A stretch of DNA of 64,000 nucleotides, from positions 268,087 through 332,086 of the forward strand of contig CP011213.1 of assembly GCA_001029735.1 (NCBI GenBank), read 5' to 3'. The position numbers and the translations under genes are program-made. Within the stretch, counting starts at the first letter, position 1; each line of letters opens with the position of its first letter. This stretch comes from Berkelbacteria bacterium GW2011_GWE1_39_12. Its GTDB lineage: Bacteria > Patescibacteriota > UBA1384 > UBA12157. The notes below the pieces were generated by a model, which saw nothing but the letters and a program-made list of their open reading frames with translations, was not told where the DNA came from and ran no database searches. This document shows, in pieces, positions 58,345 to 64,000 of the stretch.

Positions 58345-59726
58345 GACTGGATAAGATTCCTCTCAATTTTATGGAGCGTTTTTTGTTTTTTTGCCAAGTA
58401 AAACCCTAAGACAAACAAGGCTACAAAAATCACTATCCACAACAGGTTAAGGTTTAATCCTAATTTGTGCTGAAGCGGAAACCATTTTTCAAAATCATAT
58501 GGAAAGAAGCTCTTCATAATATTCAGATTATCATAGAGATGTTTATTAATAACTGAGAACGGATCCATCTTTCCTCTTAAGCCAAGCATAAGAGACGGCA
58601 CCATAAGTAAACCAAAAAACACTCTAAAAAACCACTTAAACGGCAAAATTAAAACCTCTGCCAATGCCGGCGCTAAAACCGGTAGAATTGTCATAATCAT
58701 TCGGGCCGTTGGCGCCTGACCGCCGCTCCAATCACTGAAAATGCCTGTCATAAACCAAAGAAAACCGGCTAAATATGTGACTTGCCAAAACAATTTACGG
58801 TTATTAACGAATAATGCGCCTAGGCCTAAAAAGGCCGCCAAATAAATTGGCGCTGAAGCAATTAATCCATCTTTAAGGTTAACTAATAGCCCGATCAGGC
58901 CTTCATACTGAGAAAAGAAACTAGAGGCTTTTTCTTGGCCAGAAAAGATTGAACCATAAGCGTATAAATTAAACCCAATCACTAACAAGATACTAGCTAA
59001 AAATAAGCTAACCAAAGTTTTGTTTTTAACCCCTAGATTCCAAAAATCCTTTAATTTATTTAAACGAAATTTACTGAAATCTATGCCCGGATAAAGAAAC
59101 AAAGGCACAAAAATCAAATATTTAATATGAATCCAAGGTAAAAATGCTACTGCCAAAGAGCTCAACCAATTAGGTTCTTCCCATTTCCTCAGCGCGTAAA
59201 TAACACATAAGGCAGCAAGTGGTTCATAAAACAAAAAATAGGTTTGAACGGCGATCGGCAATGAGAGAGCCATAACAAATGGCACGAATAAAGATAAATA
59301 AAAACCATAGCCTTTTTCTCTTAACCAAAGAAAAACATTGGCTGTTAAAGTAAGAACGATAATATTCTGCAAAATCACCAGAAAAAGTCTGGGATTATTC
59401 GAGAGGAAGAAAAACGGAGTTAAGATTATAGGCCAGCCAAGCCCATGCTTTGGAAAATGTTTGGTATCAGAAATATCAACTGAGTGAACCTTAAAATCAG
59501 GTGACGGAAAAAAATTTAAAAAGTGTTTTGTGTTCTGCTCTTGAATTAAGTTCGCTGTCTTAAAGGTGGCCAAGCTGTCGGCAATAGACATATAACTCGG
59601 TTCGTCACCGACCAACGGAATAGTATTAATAAATCTTCGATCCCATCTTAAGTTAAACAAAAAAAGAACCAGAAAAACTGCTCCAATAAAAACCGTTTGA
59701 ATTATTCTTGTTTTTCTTTTGTCCAT
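58341..59726 (-). CDS. hypothetical polytopic membrane protein (probable GT-C-like glycosyltransferase)
   Basis: ~12 TM. Start uncertain (ATG 59726 or TTG 59762). Overlaps neighbours, so translationally coupled. Confidence 0.45.
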   Translation of the reverse strand: MDKRKTRIIQTVFIGAVFLVLFLFNLRWDRRFINTIPLVGDEPSYMSIADSLATFKTANLIQEQNTKHFLNFFPSPDFKVHSVDISDTKHFPKHGLGWPIILTPFFFLSNNPRLFLVILQNIIVLTLTANVFLWLREKGYGFYLSLFVPFVMALSLPIAVQTYFLFYEPLAALCVIYALRKWEEPNWLSSLAVAFLPWIHIKYLIFVPLFLYPGIDFSKFRLNKLKDFWNLGVKNKTLVSLFLASILLVIGFNLYAYGSIFSGQEKASSFFSQYEGLIGLLVNLKDGLIASAPIYLAAFLGLGALFVNNRKLFWQVTYLAGFLWFMTGIFSDWSGGQAPTARMIMTILPVLAPALAEVLILPFKWFFRVFFGLLMVPSLMLGLRGKMDPFSVINKHLYDNLNIMKSFFPYDFEKWFPLQHKLGLNLNLLWIVIFVALFVLGFYLAKKQKTLHKIERNLIQS

Positions 59727-60904
59727 CTGCTCAAGGATAACATAAACCCAAATAAAAGCCAAAAGATCAAACTAAGATCATTTTTGAAATATGGGGTGTC
59801 CACTAACCCCTGCAAAACCAGAGCTGTCATGGCCGCCAATAGCATCTTTGATCCATCGTTTTTGAATTCTGAAAATCCAGTTCTATAGAAGAAAATCAAA
59901 AGCCCAATAAAGGCAATAAAACCAAATAAACCAGTTGTTAAGTAAAACATTAGAAAAACATTATGAGAAGAAAGTGCTAAGGGCGAAATAAATTCTTTAA
60001 AATTAACCCGGTCTTTCGTTAAATCGGTAAAAGCATTTTGATAGCTTCCTAAACCAACCCCCAGAATCGGATGGTCTTTAATCATTTCGATAGATGTTTG
60101 CCAGATTTGCCAGCGTACATTATTACTGGAAACAACTCGGCCGCCCGAAGCCTTAAAGTTTGGTCTGAAAGCATAAGCGCTACCTAAAATTGCGATGGCG
60201 ATAAGAATAAATAATCCGATTCTAAGATAAGATTTAGCTTTAATTTTAGACCAAAAATGCAAAATTAATAAAAAAGTTATACCTGCAACAGTTGCAAGAA
60301 GACCAGATCTTGAACCTGTTAGATAAATACCGATGATGTTTATTAAAACAACGGCGCCGGCAATAATTGCCATTGGATATTTTTTCTTTTGCAATAAACC
60401 TACGCCGTAACCAGTTAGCAAAACTGTAAGCGGCGTCAAAAATAATGCGACATAGTTAGGATTATAACCAAAAATACCAATCACTCGCCCATCGACCGTC
60501 ACATTATGCATCAATTTTTGCACGATACTATAAACACTAACAGCAAGACTTGAGCCCATAAAACCATAGATTGTCCAACGAAAATCTTTCGGTTCTAAAT
60601 AGCACATGATCAGCCAAAAAACCAAAATCGGATCAAGAAAATAAGCTTTAAATTGACCTAAAGCTGCAGATTTAGCAGGGCTCACATACACGGAAACCAT
60701 AGCGGCGATCAACAAAATACCGATTATTAGCCAAACGCGTTTTTTTATCTTTAACATTTGGCAATAACCTAAATTAATTAGACCATAAAAGAAAATTATA
60801 TAGATGACGATTTCTAAAAGAGTTGTCGGAATCCCGCCAAAAATGTCAAAACGGATTAAATAAGTAGGCAAAAGAAGGGCGATTAGCCCTATCAAATATT
60901 TCAT
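59702..60904 (-). CDS. O-antigen ligase/polymerase-like (Wzy_C) membrane protein
   Basis: ~11 TM with large periplasmic loop near the C-terminal third (GSRSGLLATV...). Confidence 0.55.
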   Translation of the reverse strand: MKYLIGLIALLLPTYLIRFDIFGGIPTTLLEIVIYIIFFYGLINLGYCQMLKIKKRVWLIIGILLIAAMVSVYVSPAKSAALGQFKAYFLDPILVFWLIMCYLEPKDFRWTIYGFMGSSLAVSVYSIVQKLMHNVTVDGRVIGIFGYNPNYVALFLTPLTVLLTGYGVGLLQKKKYPMAIIAGAVVLINIIGIYLTGSRSGLLATVAGITFLLILHFWSKIKAKSYLRIGLFILIAIAILGSAYAFRPNFKASGGRVVSSNNVRWQIWQTSIEMIKDHPILGVGLGSYQNAFTDLTKDRVNFKEFISPLALSSHNVFLMFYLTTGLFGFIAFIGLLIFFYRTGFSEFKNDGSKMLLAAMTALVLQGLVDTPYFKNDLSLIFWLLFGFMLSLSRWTKEKQE

Positions 60905-60993
60905 TCTATATCTATTCTACTGCCGTCATTTTTTAATTGCAAAGAATTAAAAAACCCCATATCTTATGATACAGGGCTATAAATAGTTAGCGA

Positions 60994-61188
60994 TCATCTT
61001 TCTCCGAGATGAATGTGTTTCACCGCCGGCGGAAGCTTTGGCTTGCCGTGCGGCGCCGCAACTTTCTTATTCAGATCGCTCACAAAAGCCTTGGTTGCTC
61101 TCGACACAACAAGACATGTTATGACGATCGTCATGAACGCCAATAGAACGAATACGAATACCATCCATCGCTTTACACTTGGTGTCAT
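60994..61188 (-). CDS. small membrane protein (64 aa; GC-rich)
   Basis: AAGGAGG RBS 7 nt upstream. One TM helix. Confidence 0.45.
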   Translation of the reverse strand: MTPSVKRWMVFVFVLLAFMTIVITCLVVSRATKAFVSDLNKKVAAPHGKPKLPPAVKHIHLGER

Positions 61189-61217
61189 CGCTCTTCCTCC
61201 TTTGGATCACCGGCTTA

Positions 61218-61328
61218 TCATTTGATCTGTAAATTCGCTAGATAAACTCCGCAGACAGCAGAAACTATCAAAAGTACTGCTAAAATAATTTCTCCTATCG
61301 TCCATCTGTTTCTCCAAAATTTTCTCAC
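61218..61328 (-). CDS. possible 36-aa TM peptide (GTG start: MRKFWRNRWTIGEIILAVLLIVSAVCGVYLANLQIK)
   Basis: AAGGAGG 7 nt before GTG. Not in ORF track. Speculative. Confidence 0.3.
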   Translation of the reverse strand: MRKFWRNRWTIGEIILAVLLIVSAVCGVYLANLQIK

Positions 61329-61440
61329 CCAAATTCCTCCTTAACGCGTTTTGTTTCCTAAATTGTCAATAAACATTTGTAATAACTTACAACCCTACAA
61401 TATAATTACCCTTTTGTCAAGATTATATACCTTTTTATAG

Positions 61441-61473
61441 CAAAAGCCCCCGAAGCATATAGCCACGGGGGCT
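61441..61473 (-). terminator. agcccccg-N13-cgggggct preceded by A4
   Basis: 8-bp GC stem 3' of the 61494 gene. U-tract short. Confidence 0.4.
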
Positions 61474-61493
61474 CTCTTGGCACATTAGCGCCG

Positions 61494-62009
61494 TTATTCG
61501 AAATGAATGTGATCTTTGTAGATCCTATCGACGTAAACTGTCAGATTAGCCTCGCCATTCTTGCTGAAAGTCGCCGCAGTTGAAACTTGGTCTGATTTTC
61601 CCCAATTCTGGTGATTCTTAACTTGGCCAGTGATTGTAATTTCCTCTCCTGGATTTCCAGTCAGAATAAGGCAAAACGAAGATCTTGCCCTCTCTGGGAG
61701 GAGCAATAGCATCAAACCCGGATAGATACATGATTGAGATGGAAATTGCCCCATTCTATCACCAACGGGTTCAATTGTGACCAAGACGCGCTGGACTCTA
61801 CCTTTTATCGTTAATTCCAAACTCGGTCTCTGCGTAACCGACGGGTGAAGCACAATCTTCTCGTTTTTCTTCGCTTGAAGAGCGTGGTCTGCGATCCGAT
61901 TAATCATTACCGGAATGACAACAACCAGTAATATCATAACAATCAAGACCCCGATTGTACCTTCTTTATTGGTAATGCCACGATTGTTTCCAAAACCAGA
62001 TTTTCTCAT
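61494..62009 (-). CDS. hypothetical membrane-anchored protein (171 aa; GC-rich)
   Basis: ORF with N-terminal TM. No family recognised. Confidence 0.45.
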   Translation of the reverse strand: MRKSGFGNNRGITNKEGTIGVLIVMILLVVVIPVMINRIADHALQAKKNEKIVLHPSVTQRPSLELTIKGRVQRVLVTIEPVGDRMGQFPSQSCIYPGLMLLLLPERARSSFCLILTGNPGEEITITGQVKNHQNWGKSDQVSTAATFSKNGEANLTVYVDRIYKDHIHFE

Positions 62010-62185
62010 TTAGATGCCTCCTACATTTGTCTGATTTTTTTGTGTTTCTGGCAATCTTCCGCCAAATTGTTAACACAAAACTATACCCCAAAAACGTCGC
62101 TTTGTCAAGACAGATAGAGCATTAAATCTTGAATTTATCTCAAAGAATCAATTATAGATACCGGATCCGGTTGCCAACCGATCCG

Positions 62186-62641
62186 GTATGACATTTTATC
62201 TAAAAACTTGTCATCCCGGACCGGCTGCAGCAGGATCCGGGATCCAGTAGACTTGTCATCCAGGGCTTGACTTGGGATCCAGATCTTCCCAGCCCGGATT
62301 ATCTTTTTCTATTAGTTCTATCTTCCATATCCTTTCCCAATTTTTGAGCTGTTTTTCTCTTTGAAGAGCTGATTTTATGTCATTGGTTTCTTCAAAATAA
62401 ACTAGACGGTTCACATTATATTTGCCGGTAAATCCATCTGAAGTTTTAGTCTTGTGTTGATAAATTCGCTTTGAGAGATCGGATGTGACTCCAATATACA
62501 GAGTACCGTTTCTTTTACTGGCCATGATGTAAACATAGTAATGTTTCATGGTTCTTTCTTTTGTCATTCCGGACAGGTCGACGCATGATCCGGAATCCAG
62601 GATAGATACCGGATCCTGCTTTCAGCCGGTCCGGCATGACA
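62186..62641. mobile_element. GIY-YIG nuclease gene flanked by ~35-bp terminal inverted repeats (TTGTCATsCCGGACCGGCTG....CAGGATCCGG) plus extra TGTCATyCC motif copies
   Basis: Left TIR 62207-62241 cttgtcatcccggaccggctgcagcaggatccggg. Right TIR (reverse complement of 62607-62641) attgtcatgccggaccggctgaaagcaggatccgg, about 31/35 identical. Additional motif copies at 62186 (rc), 62252, 62560. Confidence 0.55.
62256..62549 (-). CDS. GIY-YIG nuclease family protein (UPF0213/COG2827-like)
   Basis: MKHYYVYIMASKRNGTLYIGVTSDLSKRIYQHKTK...NRLVYFEE...AL..EKQLK.W (GIY..YIG..R..QH..E..N). Alternative ATG at 62567 lies inside the repeat motif. Confidence 0.8.
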   Translation of the reverse strand: MKHYYVYIMASKRNGTLYIGVTSDLSKRIYQHKTKTSDGFTGKYNVNRLVYFEETNDIKSALQREKQLKNWERIWKIELIEKDNPGWEDLDPKSSPG

Positions 62642-62649
62642 ATTCAGTA

Positions 62650-63972
62650 TTAGGCTTTTTCGCCGCGTAAAATGAGGTTTTGGACAGCCATTAAAAGACC
62701 GACGAGAATCCAAATATGGATAATATATAAGGTTGAAAAGAAGTTATACTGAACCATTACTCCGACAAATGCCGCAAAAAGCCCGAACATAGTGGCGCGT
62801 AAAAACGGCTCTTTCGCCCGCTTTAAGGCTGCGAAACTTCGCCAAATAACCACCAAAAGGACCAAACCATAGGAAATCGCCCCAACCATACCAGTTTCAG
62901 CCAAAAGCTCGATAAACTGATTATTTACAATATCCCATCCTGTTTTAGGTGCAACTGGCGGATAGTCTTTGGCATATGGACCATAATTGCCGATTCCGAT
63001 CCCCAAAACCGGATTTTTCTTAAAAGCCGCATAGGCAAAATCAAAAGTACTTAAACGCCCTTGGACAGATTCGCTGCCGGTTTTCGCATCCTGCAAAGTG
63101 GCATGGGAAATAAAGTTATTTAAAGCTCGGCTTTCACTCTTCAGAAGAGCAAAATAAACTCCGCCTGCCACCGCCAAGAAGATGACAAAGATTGTAACTG
63201 TTTTACGGGTAAAAATTTGTTTAAAATAATAGATCGCAAAAAGTAGCAATGTGACTGCCAGCCCTAAATATCCGCCTCTGGAAACTGTTAAAACAAAATT
63301 AAGGAGCAAAACTGCCATCAAACTGATTAGCCACCAGCGCTTAAAAATGTTAACGTGCCCAAAATAATAAGCGAGCGCTAGTGAAAGCGGAATCAAGAGA
63401 TAGTTGGCAAAATACAGCGGCTCCATTGAAAGAGCTTGAATACGTGGAAAACCAAAAACCTTCGAATCATAACCGACCTTTAACTGAGTAATTGAATTTG
63501 GAAGTCCAACAACATTACCGCCAAATTGGAACAAGCCAAAAAGACCAATAAAACTGGCCGAAATAAACAAGGCCCAGATTGTTTTCTCGAGAGCCGATTT
63601 ATCTGGAATCATATTGACAGTCATAAATGAGAGAACGATGGTAAATAAGGAGAAAATTATCACTTCGATGCCGCGAGACAGGTTCAAAGCTTGGGTCAGT
63701 GAAAGCATTAAAGCAATAATAAACAACGATATTGGCCAAGCCAACGCATTCGGCTGAATCTTCCATTTTTTACCGTTAAACATTGAAGCCAAAAGCCAAG
63801 TTAGGATCGTTAAAAAACCAAGGATTGTATTAATTTTGACATCAACTCCCCCAAAAGCCAGGGTAGGAACACGTTCAAAGGGCAAGAAAAAGACGATGAG
63901 CAAAAATCCCAAGAATGGGTTTCTAAAAGTGAAATAAGATAAGATAATACCACCCAATAATAGCGGTACCAA
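62650..63972 (-). CDS. O-antigen ligase/polymerase-like (Wzy_C) membrane protein
   Basis: ~12 TM, 440 aa. N-terminus may lie beyond the ORF-track Met. Second Wzy_C-like gene in the cluster. Confidence 0.55.
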   Translation of the reverse strand: MVPLLLGGIILSYFTFRNPFLGFLLIVFFLPFERVPTLAFGGVDVKINTILGFLTILTWLLASMFNGKKWKIQPNALAWPISLFIIALMLSLTQALNLSRGIEVIIFSLFTIVLSFMTVNMIPDKSALEKTIWALFISASFIGLFGLFQFGGNVVGLPNSITQLKVGYDSKVFGFPRIQALSMEPLYFANYLLIPLSLALAYYFGHVNIFKRWWLISLMAVLLLNFVLTVSRGGYLGLAVTLLLFAIYYFKQIFTRKTVTIFVIFLAVAGGVYFALLKSESRALNNFISHATLQDAKTGSESVQGRLSTFDFAYAAFKKNPVLGIGIGNYGPYAKDYPPVAPKTGWDIVNNQFIELLAETGMVGAISYGLVLLVVIWRSFAALKRAKEPFLRATMFGLFAAFVGVMVQYNFFSTLYIIHIWILVGLLMAVQNLILRGEKA

Positions 63973-64000
63973 AGCGTAACCGAGAGATCCGAAATGAGCC

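Overview
This window looks like a low-GC (~40% by eye) bacterial chromosome segment, densely coded on both strands. Ribosomal proteins with low-complexity tails, many glycosyltransferases, numerous tiny hypothetical ORFs and pilin-like proteins resemble a Patescibacteria/CPR-type genome; this is inference, not shown. Housekeeping genes recognised from conserved motifs: gltX, yraN, rplS, rpmA, dnaE, ndk, ychF, rpsF-ssb-rpsR, efp, groES-groEL, trpS, pyrG, hppA, xerC/D-type recombinase, pgm/manB, and tRNA-Glu(CUC) and tRNA-Gln(CUG). A cell-envelope glycan cluster occupies 51.7-64.0 kb (GT2, GT4, GtrA, GT39-like, membrane GH5-like hydrolase, two Wzy_C-like proteins). Several sigma70-consensus promoters and intrinsic terminators are readable. 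Most interesting: (1) a GIY-YIG nuclease gene bounded by ~35-bp terminal inverted repeats (62.2-62.6 kb), with a related gene-less hairpin copy at 17.45 kb. (2) A rearrangement hotspot downstream of pyrG: a ~400-bp direct duplication of the pyrG 3' end plus terminator and a 16-bp direct repeat bracketing GC-rich small ORFs, with iteron-like TTAACCTGTTAA sites. (3) Two tandem GspG/pseudopilin-like paralogs with ordinary TM anchors instead of a class III signal, followed by two ~40-aa TM peptides. (4) Recurrent short duplications of gene ends (tRNA-Glu 5' end, GT4 gene start, efp 3' end). (5) Scattered partner-switching components (STAS, RsbW-like) and GC-rich islands of small membrane or hypothetical genes. 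No CRISPR array, rRNA or transposase was seen.
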